Shown here piece after piece: positions 27,337 to 38,954 of a DNA stretch of 64,000 nt. The first letter of the stretch is position 1; every line of letters starts with the position of its first letter. Source of the DNA: an uncultured Planctomycetia bacterium (GTDB lineage Bacteria; Omnitrophota; Gorgyraeia; 2-02-FULL-51-18); contig CAZSGP010000002.1 in assembly GCA_964606485.1 (NCBI GenBank), forward strand, positions 74,766-138,765, in the 5' to 3' direction. The translations under genes and the position numbers were made by a program. The notes beneath the pieces are model-generated. The model ran no database searches. It was not told where the DNA came from and worked only from the letters and a program-made list of their open reading frames with translations.

Positions 27337-28631
27337 CGAATATACTCCCTCGGATCCGTAATTGTTCCGTTTAAGGCCGAGGCCGCTACTGTTAAAGGTG
27401 AAGCGAGGAAAACTTCCGCTTCCTTAGAACCCATGCGACCCGGAAAATTCCGGTTCGTCGTTGAAATGCACTTGAGAGCGGTGTTCAGGCGTCCGAAGGT
27501 GTCCGCCGGTCCGCCGAGGCACGCGGCGCAAGAAGCATCGCCTAATTTTGCTCCGGCATTTAAGAAAATTTGTTCTAAACTCACGCCGTCCATTTTTTCG
27601 TCTTTTAATTCTTGGGCAATTTGCGTGGTCGCTGGCACAACAAACGTATCCACCTTCACTTGTTTGCCTTTTAAAATGCGAGCTGCTGCTCTGAAATCGG
27701 TGATTTTTCCACCGGTGCACGAACCGATATACGCACGGTCGAGCTTGGTGCCTTTTAATTCGCGCGCCGTGCCGCGATTATCGGGTGAATGGGGCTTCGC
27801 AATCGTTGGCTCAATATCCTTGGACTTGAAAATTTTCTTATAGAAATATTTGGCATCGGCGTCGTTTTTCACCACTTCGTAGGGCTTCGTCGTGCGCTTG
27901 TTGACGTAGTCGAGTGTCACCTGGTCCGGAACAATGACGCCGTTTTTTCCACCCGCTTCAATCACCATGTTGCAAAGCGTCATCCGCTCTTCCATGTTGA
28001 GCGAGTAAACTCCGTCGCCGCCAAATTCCATAGCGCGGTAAATCGCTCCATCCACCCCAATCTCACCGATCACGTGCAAAATTAAATCCTTGGCCATCAA
28101 GTAAGGCGGGAGAGTTCCCTCAAATCCAAAATACATCGTCTCGGGAACCTTTACCCACAATTTTCCGGTGCCGAGCACAAACCCTGCATCCGTGTTTCCG
28201 ATTCCAGTTGCAAACTCGCCAAACGCACCCGCATTGCAGGTGTGAGAATCCGTTCCAAATAATACTTCACCCGGACGGTCATGGCCTTCTTCGGCAAGCG
28301 CAATATGACAAACACCTTTGTACTTGGGCGAATTCACATCGTAAAAATGTTTAATCCCCTGCTCTTTAACAAAATCGCGCAGGATGTCGATGTTCCGGTG
28401 TGCTTTTTCGTCTGCTGTAAAAATATAGTGGTCTGGGATAATGACGACCTTATCAGGGTCCCAAACTTTCGCATTTTTTCCGAAATGTTCTTTGAATACG
28501 CCGATCGTACCAGGCCCACAGATGTCATGCGTCATCAACACGTCCACATCAATCCAGACATTTTCTCCAGGGTGAACGTTATTGCGTTTGGATTTTTTCG
28601 CTAAAATTTTTTCAGTTAAAGTCATTCCCAT
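27333..28631 (-). CDS. leuC: 3-isopropylmalate dehydratase large subunit
   Basis: Aconitase-family catalytic domain (…GVCHIALAEEGH…, DSHTCNAGAFG, GSCTGGK). The start is set at MGMTLTEKIL (ATG at 28631). The longer ORF-track start would overlap thiG and lacks homology. Confidence 0.9.
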   Translation of the reverse strand: MGMTLTEKILAKKSKRNNVHPGENVWIDVDVLMTHDICGPGTIGVFKEHFGKNAKVWDPDKVVIIPDHYIFTADEKAHRNIDILRDFVKEQGIKHFYDVNSPKYKGVCHIALAEEGHDRPGEVLFGTDSHTCNAGAFGEFATGIGNTDAGFVLGTGKLWVKVPETMYFGFEGTLPPYLMAKDLILHVIGEIGVDGAIYRAMEFGGDGVYSLNMEERMTLCNMVIEAGGKNGVIVPDQVTLDYVNKRTTKPYEVVKNDADAKYFYKKIFKSKDIEPTIAKPHSPDNRGTARELKGTKLDRAYIGSCTGGKITDFRAAARILKGKQVKVDTFVVPATTQIAQELKDEKMDGVSLEQIFLNAGAKLGDASCAACLGGPADTFGRLNTALKCISTTNRNFPGRMGSKEAEVFLASPLTVAASALNGTITDPREYIR

Positions 28632-28644
28632 AAAATTCTCTTTT

Positions 28645-29421
28645 CTACTCAATCGCGAGCGCGCCGACTGTACCCTTCGTGGGACTAGAGGCGTTCGCGT
28701 ATTTTTTGCGTTCCATTCTTCCGGCTTCAAATGCCAGCCGTCCAGCTTTGACTGCTAATTTCATGGCTTCGGCCATCTTGATTGGGTCCTTGGCGCTCGC
28801 AATCGCGGTGTTCATGAGAACTCCGTCGGCTCCAAGCTCCATCGCTACCGATGCGTCCGACGCCGTTCCAACTCCCGCGTCCACAATGACGGGAATTTTT
28901 ACTTTCTCAATAATCAGTTCGATATTGAGCTTGTTTAAAATACCCTGCCCTGAACCAATGGGCGACGCAAGCGGCATCACGCACGCCGCACCGGCGTCTT
29001 CTAATTTCTTGGCCATAATCGGATCATCGTTCGAGTATGGCATTACTACAAATCCATCTTTCACGAGTTCTTTCGTGGCTTCTAAAAGAGCCATGGTGTC
29101 GGGAAGCAGCGTTCTTTCATCCCCAATCACCTCAAGCTTCACAAGATTCGAAAGCCCCGCCGCGCGCCCTAAACGAGCGACTCGAACCGCTTCCTCTTTC
29201 GAGTAACAGCCCGCCGTGTTAGGCAATAAAATGTACTTTTTTAGATCGATAAAATCAAGCAGAGATTGTTTGGTGCGATCAAGCTCCACGCGTCTCACCG
29301 CCACGGTGACCATGTCTGCTCCGGAGATTTCGAGCGCCTTTTCCATTTCTTGGAACGTGGCGTATTTCCCCGTTCCGACAATGAGTCTTGATTTGAGTTC
29401 AAAATTGGCAATTTTTAACAT
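28645..29421 (-). CDS. thiG: thiazole synthase
   Basis: [20 protein letters not shown]… with the conserved ThiG TIM-barrel pattern. 258 aa. Confidence 0.9.
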   Translation of the reverse strand: MLKIANFELKSRLIVGTGKYATFQEMEKALEISGADMVTVAVRRVELDRTKQSLLDFIDLKKYILLPNTAGCYSKEEAVRVARLGRAAGLSNLVKLEVIGDERTLLPDTMALLEATKELVKDGFVVMPYSNDDPIMAKKLEDAGAACVMPLASPIGSGQGILNKLNIELIIEKVKIPVIVDAGVGTASDASVAMELGADGVLMNTAIASAKDPIKMAEAMKLAVKAGRLAFEAGRMERKKYANASSPTKGTVGALAIE

Positions 29422-30644
29422 TAGTTTTCGACGACCGCTCCCTTTTCGACAACGACGAGGCCCTTGGGAGTTACCGTAAATCGCTTCCTATCCTTTTCCA
29501 AGTTGTAGCCAATTTCAGCATTGGGCATGATTTTAACGTGCTTATCAATAATCGCATTTTTAATTTTGGCGTAGCGGCCGACGTCGACGCCTTCCAGCAA
29601 AATAGAACCTTCCACTTCAGCGTAACTATTCACGCGCACACAGGAGGACAGCACCGAACGCTGAACCAGACCACCGGAAATAATACAGCCATCGGCCACC
29701 ACTGAATCGAGTGCGGTTCCACGCCGCCCGCCAAGACTCTGAGCAAATACAAATTTTGCCGGCGGATACTGAAGCTGGTAGGTGCGAATCGGCCAGTCGC
29801 GGTCGTACAAATTAAACTGCGGCTGGACTTGAATCAAGTCCATGTTCGCTTCATAGTAAGAGTCGAGCGTACCCACGTCTCTCCAGTAAAGCGCTTCGTG
29901 TTTATTTTCATCCACAAACCGGTACGCCATAATCTTGCGTTTTCCTTTTTCGATCATCTGAGGAATCACGTTTTTTCCAAAATCATGCGCGGTATCTTTT
30001 TTGGCGTCTTCTTCAAGCTCTTCCTCTAAAACTTTTCGGTCAAAAATATAAATACCCATCGATCCAAAAACACTTTTAGGATCGCTTGGACTCGTCTTTG
30101 GATTTTCGGGCTTTTCTTCAAAACCTATGACGCGGTTGGAGCTATCAACCTCAATGACTCCAACATTTGGCGCTTCTTCCTTAGGCATTGGAACGACGCC
30201 GATTGTTAAATCAGCCCCTGCGCTGCGGTGAACTTCGAGCATCTTGGCGTAGTTCATTTTATAAACGTGATCGCCCGCTAAAATTAAAACTTGGTCCGGG
30301 TTTTCAGCTTGAATGGAGTAAAGATTTTGATAAATGGAATCGGCGGTGCCTTGATACCAATGGTCGTCAATTCTTTGCTGTGCCGGCACCACGTCGATAT
30401 ACTCGCCTACTTCGGCGTTCAGCACATTCCAACCCATGCGGATGTGACGCGCGAGCGACATGGATTTGTATTGAACCAAGATATGAATCCGGCGAATGCC
30501 AGAATTCACGCAGTTGGATAGCGTAAAATCAATGATCCGGTAGATTCCGCCAAATGGAACCGCGGGTTTCGCGCGATCTTTGGTGAGAGGCGATAAACGC
30601 TCGCCCTTCCCCCCGGCCATTACAAAAGTTAGTAGTTTTTTCAT
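29421..30644 (-). CDS. glgC: glucose-1-phosphate adenylyltransferase
   Basis: [42 protein letters not shown]… nucleotidyltransferase motif. 407 aa with a C-terminal left-handed beta-helix region. Confidence 0.92.
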   Translation of the reverse strand: MKKLLTFVMAGGKGERLSPLTKDRAKPAVPFGGIYRIIDFTLSNCVNSGIRRIHILVQYKSMSLARHIRMGWNVLNAEVGEYIDVVPAQQRIDDHWYQGTADSIYQNLYSIQAENPDQVLILAGDHVYKMNYAKMLEVHRSAGADLTIGVVPMPKEEAPNVGVIEVDSSNRVIGFEEKPENPKTSPSDPKSVFGSMGIYIFDRKVLEEELEEDAKKDTAHDFGKNVIPQMIEKGKRKIMAYRFVDENKHEALYWRDVGTLDSYYEANMDLIQVQPQFNLYDRDWPIRTYQLQYPPAKFVFAQSLGGRRGTALDSVVADGCIISGGLVQRSVLSSCVRVNSYAEVEGSILLEGVDVGRYAKIKNAIIDKHVKIMPNAEIGYNLEKDRKRFTVTPKGLVVVEKGAVVEN

Positions 30645-30667
30645 CGATAAGCCTTCAAAAAGAAGGC

Positions 30668-31357
30668 CTATAGAATACCACTTATCCGGCCGTCTTTCAT
30701 CACCAGAATCGCGTCACTCATGTGGCGAACCACGCGGTGATCGTGTGAGATAAAAAGATAGGAAACCCCCATCTGACTTTGGAGCTTGAGAAGCAGATTG
30801 AGGATTTGTGCCTGCACAATCACGTCGAGCGACGTCACCGGCTCATCACAAATAATTAAGCTTGGATCGAGCGCCAACGCGCGGGCAATCCCCACCCGCT
30901 GACACTCCCCGCCGCTCAGTGTCTTCGGAAGGCGCTTCTTAAAAGGTGCTCCAAGCCCCACCAAGCCTAAAAGACTGTCGATTTTATGCTCCACCGACAA
31001 GGGTCCTGAATTGCCGTGAATTAAAAAGGGTTCTTCCAGTGCCTCGTACACCGTCATGCGCGGATCGAGCGCTTCGAGCGGCTCCTGAAAGATAATCTGT
31101 GTTTTTTTTCTAAAAATTTTCAAATCCTTTGACTTTAATTGATCAATCCGCTTTCCTTCGAAATAAATTTCTCCGGCGTCCAAATCTTCAAGACGTAGCA
31201 GCAGTTTTGCGAGTGTCGACTTGCCGCAACCCGACTCTCCGACAAGTCCAAGCGTCTTTCCCTTTTCAATTGAAAGCGATACATTTTCCACTGCCGTGAC
31301 GCGGGGACTTTTATAAATTTTCTTTAGATTTTTGGCTTCTAGAATAATATTTTTCAT
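30668..31357 (-). CDS. peptide/nickel-type ABC transporter ATP-binding protein (OppF/DppF-like)
   Basis: Walker A GESGCGKSTLAKLL, signature LSGGECQRVGIARAL, Walker B IICDEPVTSLD. Confidence 0.85.
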   Translation of the reverse strand: MKNIILEAKNLKKIYKSPRVTAVENVSLSIEKGKTLGLVGESGCGKSTLAKLLLRLEDLDAGEIYFEGKRIDQLKSKDLKIFRKKTQIIFQEPLEALDPRMTVYEALEEPFLIHGNSGPLSVEHKIDSLLGLVGLGAPFKKRLPKTLSGGECQRVGIARALALDPSLIICDEPVTSLDVIVQAQILNLLLKLQSQMGVSYLFISHDHRVVRHMSDAILVMKDGRISGIL

Positions 31358-32163
31358 TAAACGGGAATCATTTCTTTGTTTTTAAGTCCAAGCAGACTCG
31401 CTTTGAGTAAGCGTTGGGTGTAAGCATTTTTTGATTCGAAATTGTGCGACTTTTCGAGCCGCTCGAGAATTCGGCCGTGTTCCATGACAAATATTTTATC
31501 AGAGTATTTGAGCGCAAGATTAATGTCGTGTGTTACAAAAATCACCGAAAGTTTCCCGCTTTTCTGAAGCTCGGAAAGTAGCTGCATCACCTCTAGTTCG
31601 TTGACCGGGTCGAGTGCTGTGGTGGGCTCATCCGACACTAAAATATCGGGGCCCGCCACAAGCGCCATCGCAATCATGGCGCGCTGCTTCATTCCACCGG
31701 AGATTTGATGTGGGTAAGAGCCGTAAACCCGTTCAGGCTCCGAGATCCGCACTTTTCGAAGCCATTCGAGCGCCACGCGCCGAGATTCCTTTATCGCTTT
31801 AGGATGGTGCACCGCATAAGCCTCGGCAATCTGATCCCCCACTTTCATCACCGGATTTAAAGATGAGCCGGGGTCTTGAAATACAAACCCAATCTTCTTT
31901 CCGCGGATTTGGCGAAACTCTTCTTTTGAAAACCGTAGCACATTAGACTGTTTTTCTTTGTGCTGAATTAAAATATCGCCGCTAATGGACTCCGGCTCAA
32001 TTAACCCGCCAATAGACAGGGCCAGCGTACTTTTTCCAGAACCGGATTGACCCACCAGCGAAATGAACGCGGGCTCCGTGATTTCAAGATTCACATTGTT
32101 AACCGCAAAAACGTTCGGCATGTAAGAAATATTCAGATTAATAATTTTTAAAATCTCATTCAT
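31357..32163 (-). CDS. peptide/nickel-type ABC transporter ATP-binding protein (OppD/DppD-like)
   Basis: Walker A GQSGSGKSTLALSI, signature ISGGMKQRAMIAMAL, Walker B LVSDEPTTALD. The start is set at MNEILKI (ATGA overlap with the upstream permease stop). The longer ORF-track N-terminus is rejected. Confidence 0.85.
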   Translation of the reverse strand: MNEILKIINLNISYMPNVFAVNNVNLEITEPAFISLVGQSGSGKSTLALSIGGLIEPESISGDILIQHKEKQSNVLRFSKEEFRQIRGKKIGFVFQDPGSSLNPVMKVGDQIAEAYAVHHPKAIKESRRVALEWLRKVRISEPERVYGSYPHQISGGMKQRAMIAMALVAGPDILVSDEPTTALDPVNELEVMQLLSELQKSGKLSVIFVTHDINLALKYSDKIFVMEHGRILERLEKSHNFESKNAYTQRLLKASLLGLKNKEMIPV

Positions 32164-32855
32164 GGGTTTATTTTTTTTCTTAATTTGCTTCCGAGTAAAT
32201 TGGCACATAAAACGGTCAAAAAAATCATGAGCCCTGGGAAAAACATCATCCACCAGGCGGAACCCAGCGTGGATCGTGCGTCCATTAACAGATTTCCCCA
32301 GCTTGGGGTCGGAGGCTGAACCCCTAAACCCAAGAAACTTAAACCGCTCTCGGTTAAAATGGCGGAAGGAAAGCTGAGCACAGCGCTCACCACGACAGGA
32401 CCCAGCGCATTGGGCAGTAAATGCTTCAAAATAAGATGTCGCTCGGGTGCCCCCATGGCTCTCACCGCGAGCACAAATGGCCTATTTTTTAACGATAGAA
32501 CCTCTGCACGCACGAGCCGCGCGGTGCCCATCCAACTCGTCAGCCCAATAATCATCATCACATTAAAAAGGCTCGGCCCAAGGACGGCGATCACTGACAA
32601 AATTAAAAAAATTGTTGGAAAACAAAGCATGGCATCCGTGAAGCCCATGAGCAATTTTTCAACCCATCCTCCGTAAGAGCCGGCCACGAGACCCACCACC
32701 AGTCCAAGCGCCACCGCTAAACCCACAGCTAGGACAGCCACCCCAAGCGAAACCTGGGCTCCTTGCAACACACGCCACAGCAAATCCCGCCCTAGCGCGT
32801 CCGTCCCCATCCAATGCGACCAGGAAGGTGCGATTAAAATAAAATCGGAGTTCAT
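32160..32855 (-). CDS. ABC transporter permease (OppC/DppC-like), apparently lacking the usual first TM helix
   Basis: It starts in what is normally the periplasmic loop (…WMGTDALGRDLLWRVL…). Five predicted TM helices. 4-bp overlap with the upstream permease. Confidence 0.75.
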   Translation of the reverse strand: MNSDFILIAPSWSHWMGTDALGRDLLWRVLQGAQVSLGVAVLAVGLAVALGLVVGLVAGSYGGWVEKLLMGFTDAMLCFPTIFLILSVIAVLGPSLFNVMMIIGLTSWMGTARLVRAEVLSLKNRPFVLAVRAMGAPERHLILKHLLPNALGPVVVSAVLSFPSAILTESGLSFLGLGVQPPTPSWGNLLMDARSTLGSAWWMMFFPGLMIFLTVLCANLLGSKLRKKINP

Positions 32856-33829
32856 GCGCCCCCCTTCCGAGTGCGCGGATCTGCAATTTTGTAGGCGAAG
32901 TCCGCCAAAATATTTCCGAGTAGCGTCAAAGATGCGCCAATCACAAGAATCGCCATGATCACCGGGTAATCTCTTGAAAATACTGAGCTAAAAAACAAGC
33001 GGCCCATTCCTGGGATTGAAAAAAGTGACTCAAGCACCACGCTTCCACCTAGCAATCCTGGAATTGAAAGCCCCACAATGGTAATGACTGGCAGTAGCGC
33101 ATTGGCAAGCGCATGCTTCGCGTGCACGTCTTTTTCAGACAATCCTTTTGCGCGAGCAGTGCGAATATAATTTTTTCCGAGCACCTCCAAAACGCCGGAC
33201 TTGATAAAAGCAGTCATTGCGGCTACGCCGCTCACCGACGAAATAATTACCGGCAGCACCAAATGCCATGCGGTATCGAGAATTTTTTGACCAATGCTCC
33301 AATCCTCATAAAAAATACTGTTTAGGCCCGACACCGGAAACCAGTCGAGACTCACCCCAAAAAAACTCATCGCTAACAGCGCGAGCCAAAAACCTGGCAT
33401 CGCGTACAGCGCTAGTAAAAGGGCTGACAAAATCTTTTCTGTTTTAGTTCCCCGATGCTCCGCTGACCATACCCCCAGGGAAATTCCAAAACCCAAAGCA
33501 ATCATGAGCGACAATAGGCCAATGCACAGCGTCACCGGAATCGCTTCACCAACTTTTTCGGAAACCCGCCTTCCGTCGACAAAGGACTCTCCAAAGTCGA
33601 GACGCACAAGCCGCAGCGCCCAGTCTTTGTATTGTTCTAAAACGGGGCGATCCAGACCGTACAGCTTGTCCAATTTTTCACGGGCCTGACTCGAAACTTG
33701 CGGATTTAACCCGTAAACCGCCTCCGAAACGCTTCCCGGAGCCAAATGAATCACCATAAAACTGACCAAGGTAATTCCGATCAGCTGCGGCACTGCCATG
33801 GCTAACCTCTTAAAAAGAGCGCTCATCAT
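32852..33829 (-). CDS. ABC transporter permease (OppB/DppB-like)
   Basis: 325 aa, 6-TM BPD_transp_1-type permease. The conserved EAA-like region is …YIRTARAKGLSEKDVHAKHALANAL…. Confidence 0.85.
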   Translation of the reverse strand: MMSALFKRLAMAVPQLIGITLVSFMVIHLAPGSVSEAVYGLNPQVSSQAREKLDKLYGLDRPVLEQYKDWALRLVRLDFGESFVDGRRVSEKVGEAIPVTLCIGLLSLMIALGFGISLGVWSAEHRGTKTEKILSALLLALYAMPGFWLALLAMSFFGVSLDWFPVSGLNSIFYEDWSIGQKILDTAWHLVLPVIISSVSGVAAMTAFIKSGVLEVLGKNYIRTARAKGLSEKDVHAKHALANALLPVITIVGLSIPGLLGGSVVLESLFSIPGMGRLFFSSVFSRDYPVIMAILVIGASLTLLGNILADFAYKIADPRTRKGGA

Positions 33830-35451
33830 GACTCAAACCTGTACTTCTGTTGAGATTCCGGAACATGCCAATGGATAAAGTTATGCCCTATCCCCGCGGG
33901 TGAAAGCTCGACTCCCTGAAAGCGTTTATCCACCGTCATTAACGAATCGGGGACATATAAAAAAGTGTAGGGCTCCTCTTTAGCTAAGACTGCGTGAAGC
34001 TCACGATAAACATTCGCACGGCCAAGCGTGTCAAAAATACGGCGGCCTTGCATAAGCAGAATATCCGCCTGCAAATTGCTAAATCCCGTAAAATTAAATT
34101 CGCCGGGGTTTGTTTTGGAGGAGTGAAATAAATCAAAAACATCCGGATCCCTGGAAACGCTCCAACCCAAAATCACCGCCTGAAAACGCCGCGGCCCAAT
34201 GAACTCCTTTAAAAATGTCCCCCACTCCACAATTTGAATTTTCATATCGATTCCCGCCTCACCCAAACGCGCTTGAATCATTTCGGCGGCCATTTTCCGC
34301 TCGTCATTGCCCTGATTCGTTAAAAGCGTGAACGAAAATCGCTTCCCATCTTTGTCCAAAAATCCGTCGCCATCGTGATCCGACCAACCGGCGTCCTCGA
34401 GCAATTGCTTGGCTTTTACAGGATCGAACGCGGAAGGCTTTACATCCGAGTTATAGGCCCAGGAGCCCGGCAAAAATGGGCCTGTTGCCACTTGACCCAT
34501 CCCCTTTAAAACGACCCGCACGATTTCATCTTTGCGAATCAGAAGTCCGATCGCGTTTCGCACGCGCACGTCTGAAAAAAGAGGGTCTTTTAAATTGTAG
34601 GCAAGGTACGTGTAGCCGAAACTCGGGAAAACATATTTTTCGAATTTTTGTTTAAATTTTTTAGAATCCGTCTGCTTTTCAAACTGCAAAGGACTCAGGT
34701 CCATCGCATCTAAATTACCCCCCTGAAGCTCTAAAAACTGGGTGGCGTTTTCTGGAATAATCCGGCACACATATCGGGAAATATGCGGCTTGCCCTCGTA
34801 GTAGGCGGGATTCGCAGTAAGCTCAATCTGCGTTCCGGATTTCCATTTTTTTAAAAGGTAAGGACCTGTTCCAACCGGCGCTCGTGAAAAATTAGACTTA
34901 CGGATATTTTCATTTTCAAGCATGTGCTTGGGCACAATTCCCATTCCCCAGCTGGCAAGGCCGGGCGAAAAAGGCTCTTTGTAATTAACTTGAACGGTAT
35001 ACGGATCAATCGCCGTTACGGATTCCACTTTTTCAAAAGCGCCCGCATAGGGCGTCGCCGTTGCGGGATCCACAATTTTTTGATAGGTAAACACCACGTC
35101 GTCTGCTAAAAACGGTTCGCCGTCATGCCACAGCACACCGTGCCGCAGATGAAAAATAATACGCTCTCCCCCGAGCAAAACATCCCAACTCTCCGCTAAG
35201 TCGCCGATGAGGTTTAAATTTTTGTCATATTTAACGAGACCGTTGAAAATAAGTCCGGAGATTGAAGCGGAGGCGCTGTCGGACGCTAAGAATGGGATAA
35301 CGTTGACAGGTTCTGCGGATAAGGCCGCCACAAAAGCGTCACCATCTACAACTGGCGGTTCTTCCGCGATGGAAAATGAACTTAAAAAAAGAAGGCTAGA
35401 GAAAAAAAGGCCAAGAAAAAAAACAAGTTTTAAATTCGAGCGGGCGCTCAA
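33826..35451 (-). CDS. ABC transporter substrate-binding protein, family 5 (OppA/DppA/NikA-like)
   Basis: 541 aa with signal peptide/TM and the SBP_bac_5 pattern (…AESWDV…TFHLRHGVLWHDGEPF…). Confidence 0.85.
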   Translation of the reverse strand: MSARSNLKLVFFLGLFFSSLLFLSSFSIAEEPPVVDGDAFVAALSAEPVNVIPFLASDSASASISGLIFNGLVKYDKNLNLIGDLAESWDVLLGGERIIFHLRHGVLWHDGEPFLADDVVFTYQKIVDPATATPYAGAFEKVESVTAIDPYTVQVNYKEPFSPGLASWGMGIVPKHMLENENIRKSNFSRAPVGTGPYLLKKWKSGTQIELTANPAYYEGKPHISRYVCRIIPENATQFLELQGGNLDAMDLSPLQFEKQTDSKKFKQKFEKYVFPSFGYTYLAYNLKDPLFSDVRVRNAIGLLIRKDEIVRVVLKGMGQVATGPFLPGSWAYNSDVKPSAFDPVKAKQLLEDAGWSDHDGDGFLDKDGKRFSFTLLTNQGNDERKMAAEMIQARLGEAGIDMKIQIVEWGTFLKEFIGPRRFQAVILGWSVSRDPDVFDLFHSSKTNPGEFNFTGFSNLQADILLMQGRRIFDTLGRANVYRELHAVLAKEEPYTFLYVPDSLMTVDKRFQGVELSPAGIGHNFIHWHVPESQQKYRFES

Positions 35452-35873
35452 CTCGCTGGCTTAGTTTCAGCAGCGGTGCTCGTTGTAGTAGCGACAACCG
35501 GAGCTTCGACAGGAGCAACTTTTTCCGCTTCTGCTGCTTTAGCGGCTTCTTTCACCGGCAGAGCGACTTCTTTCTTGGGTGCCACGGCTTGGCTAACCGC
35601 GCCCTGCACCGCACGGGAAAGTTTAGTCTTATCAACCAACGACTTACTGCGCTGCGTCGAAAGAATTCCTAACGAAATGGAGGTCACGATAAATAAAACG
35701 GCGCAGACTTCGGTTGCGCGCGTCATAAACGTATTGGTCTGCGTTCCCAAAATAGCCTGAGGCTGACCCGAGGCCATATCAGACAACCCGCCACCACGGC
35801 CGGCTTGCAATAAAATAACCGCGATGAGAACGAAGCAAACAAAAACGTGAACAATGGTTAAAAAAATTGTCAT
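35448..35873 (-). CDS. secG: preprotein translocase subunit SecG with an extended A/P/V/K-rich C-terminal tail
   Basis: MTIFLTIVHVFVCFVLIAVILLQAGRGGGL… canonical SecG start. A second TM follows, then a ~70-aa low-complexity tail. Confidence 0.85.
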   Translation of the reverse strand: MTIFLTIVHVFVCFVLIAVILLQAGRGGGLSDMASGQPQAILGTQTNTFMTRATEVCAVLFIVTSISLGILSTQRSKSLVDKTKLSRAVQGAVSQAVAPKKEVALPVKEAAKAAEAEKVAPVEAPVVATTTSTAAETKPAS

Positions 35874-35881
35874 TTTATCCT

Positions 35882-36664
35882 TTACTTGACCGCAACTGCG
35901 ATCGAATTTTTGACGATGTCTGAAAAACTTTGAGCTTCGAGACTGGCGCCGCCAACGAGTGCCCCATCAATATCTTCCCGGGCCATTAAACTAGCAATGT
36001 TATCGGCTTTAACGCTTCCGCCGTACAGAATGCGGATTTGTTTAGCTGTCTCATCTTGAAAAAGTTTTGTGAGTTCACTTCGAACAAAAGCGTGCACTTC
36101 CTGAGCTTGCTCCGGAGTGGCTACTTTTCCGGTCCCGATGGCCCAAACAGGTTCATACGCAATAACGGTTTTAAGCATCTCCTCTTGGGATAAACCGCTG
36201 AGCGATCCTTTGAGTTGCTTTTCAATAATCTTAAAGGTGCTACCAGATTCACGCTCGGCAAGCATTTCGCCGATGCAAACAATGGGAGTCAGTCCCGCTC
36301 GGAGAGCGGCTTTGGTTTTTTTGTTCACTGTTTCATCGGTTTCACCAAAAAACTGGCGGCGTTCAGAATGGCCGATAATCACAAATTGTGCGCCGGCATC
36401 TTTAATAAAAGACGCTGAGACTTCACCGGTAAACGCGCCTTTTTCTTCCCAGTAAAGATCTTGCGCACCCAAATGAATATTCGATCCTTCGAGCGAATCA
36501 GCCGCTGTTGCAAGAGCTGTGTAGACCGGGCAAATCACAATATCCGCACCCGTCACACTCGACAGTGAGCGCTTGAGAAGCGTTACAAGCTCAATGGACT
36601 CTTTGATCGATTTATTCAGTTTCCAATTTCCAGCAATCAGTGGTTTTCTCATAGATTCGTCCAT
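35882..36664 (-). CDS. tpiA: triosephosphate isomerase
   Basis: IAGNWKLNKS…, catalytic …IIGHSERR…, and …YEPVWAIGTG…. Confidence 0.95.
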   Translation of the reverse strand: MDESMRKPLIAGNWKLNKSIKESIELVTLLKRSLSSVTGADIVICPVYTALATAADSLEGSNIHLGAQDLYWEEKGAFTGEVSASFIKDAGAQFVIIGHSERRQFFGETDETVNKKTKAALRAGLTPIVCIGEMLAERESGSTFKIIEKQLKGSLSGLSQEEMLKTVIAYEPVWAIGTGKVATPEQAQEVHAFVRSELTKLFQDETAKQIRILYGGSVKADNIASLMAREDIDGALVGGASLEAQSFSDIVKNSIAVAVK

Positions 36665-36666
36665 TT

Positions 36667-37860
36667 TTATTTATCTTGAAGTGCGGCGATCCCTGGCAGA
36701 ACTTTGCCTTCCAAATATTCAAGAGATGCGCCGCCACCAGTGGAGATATGCGTCATCTTAGAATCTAATCCAAATCCAATGACGCAGGCTGCCGTGTCTC
36801 CCCCACCAATCACGGTGGTGACATCTTTAAGCTCGGATAATTTTGTAGCGATCGCAAGTGACCCCTTGGCAAAAGGTTTCATTTCAAATACACCCATGGG
36901 ACCATTCCAAACCACGGTCTTGGCTTTGTCCAACACCCCGCAAAAAAGCTCGACCGTCTTCGGGCCGATGTCCACGCCCTCCCAGCCGTCTTTCATGCCG
37001 CCGGATTGAATTTCAATGGGCGCTGTCTCTTCAAATTTCTGAACGCATTGATTGTCGAGTGGCAAATAGATTTGAACTTTTTTATTTTGAGCTTTTTCAA
37101 GAATGGTTTTGGCGAGATCCAGCTTATCTTTTTCAATCCGCGAAGAGCCGGTGGGCAACCCCTTTACTTTCATAAAGGTGTAGGCCATAGCGCCGCCAAT
37201 CAAAATCGCATCGACTTTATCGATGAGATTTTCAACAATTCCGATTTTATCCGACACTTTGGAACCACCTAAGATAGCCACAAACGGTTTGCGTGGCTTT
37301 TGCATGGCGTCACCCAAATACTGGATTTCCTTTTCAAGTAGGAGCCCGGCACCCGAGGGAAGATACTTTGTGATCGCGTCAATCGACGCGTGAGCGCGGT
37401 GACTGGAGCCAAACGCGTCATTGATGTAAATATCGCCGCTTTGCGCAAGTTGTTTGGCAAACTCGGCGTTATTTTTTTCTTCGTCGGGGTAAAAACGCAG
37501 ATTCTCTAACACCGCAACCGGTGCCGCAGATCCATTCCCAGCCGCAAGTTCCTGTTGGACCTTGGGGCCAATGCAATCGGAACACTGCAGAACATTTTGC
37601 TTTAAAAGTTGTGACAAACGCGTGGTAGCGGGAGACAAGCTGTAAGCGGGATTCGGCTTTCCATCTGGACGACCCAAGTGACTCATGAGAACCACTTTTT
37701 TGGCGCCCGCTTTAAGCGCGTACTCAATCGTCGGAAGCGACGCCTTGATGCGATTATCATCAGTAACATTCTGGCTCTTATCCAGCGGGACGTTAAAGTC
37801 CACGCGGATAAGAACCCGTTTGCCTTTTAGATCAAAATCGCGAATCGTCTTCTTAGACAT
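36667..37860 (-). CDS. pgk: phosphoglycerate kinase
   Basis: Start at MSKKTIRDFDLKGKRVLIRVDFNVP (ATG 37860), immediately after the gap stop. The ORF-track N-terminal extension overlaps gap and is rejected. Confidence 0.93.
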   Translation of the reverse strand: MSKKTIRDFDLKGKRVLIRVDFNVPLDKSQNVTDDNRIKASLPTIEYALKAGAKKVVLMSHLGRPDGKPNPAYSLSPATTRLSQLLKQNVLQCSDCIGPKVQQELAAGNGSAAPVAVLENLRFYPDEEKNNAEFAKQLAQSGDIYINDAFGSSHRAHASIDAITKYLPSGAGLLLEKEIQYLGDAMQKPRKPFVAILGGSKVSDKIGIVENLIDKVDAILIGGAMAYTFMKVKGLPTGSSRIEKDKLDLAKTILEKAQNKKVQIYLPLDNQCVQKFEETAPIEIQSGGMKDGWEGVDIGPKTVELFCGVLDKAKTVVWNGPMGVFEMKPFAKGSLAIATKLSELKDVTTVIGGGDTAACVIGFGLDSKMTHISTGGGASLEYLEGKVLPGIAALQDK

Positions 37861-37862
37861 TT

Positions 37863-38949
<1,087 letters not shown>

Positions 38950-38954
38950 AATTT

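Noticed and set aside
27333-28730. Longer ORF-track version of leuC (to 28730)
   Set aside because: Same reasoning as for truA: no homology in the extension, and it would overlap the neighbouring thiG. The homology-consistent downstream ATG was used.
28645-29440. TPP riboswitch upstream of thiG
   Set aside because: thiG abuts the glgC stop with no intergenic space, so there is no room for an aptamer. thiG appears to be read through from upstream.
31357-32253. Longer ORF-track version of the OppD-like gene (to 32253)
   Set aside because: Same reasoning as for truA: no homology in the extension, and it would overlap the upstream permease. The homology-consistent downstream ATG was used.
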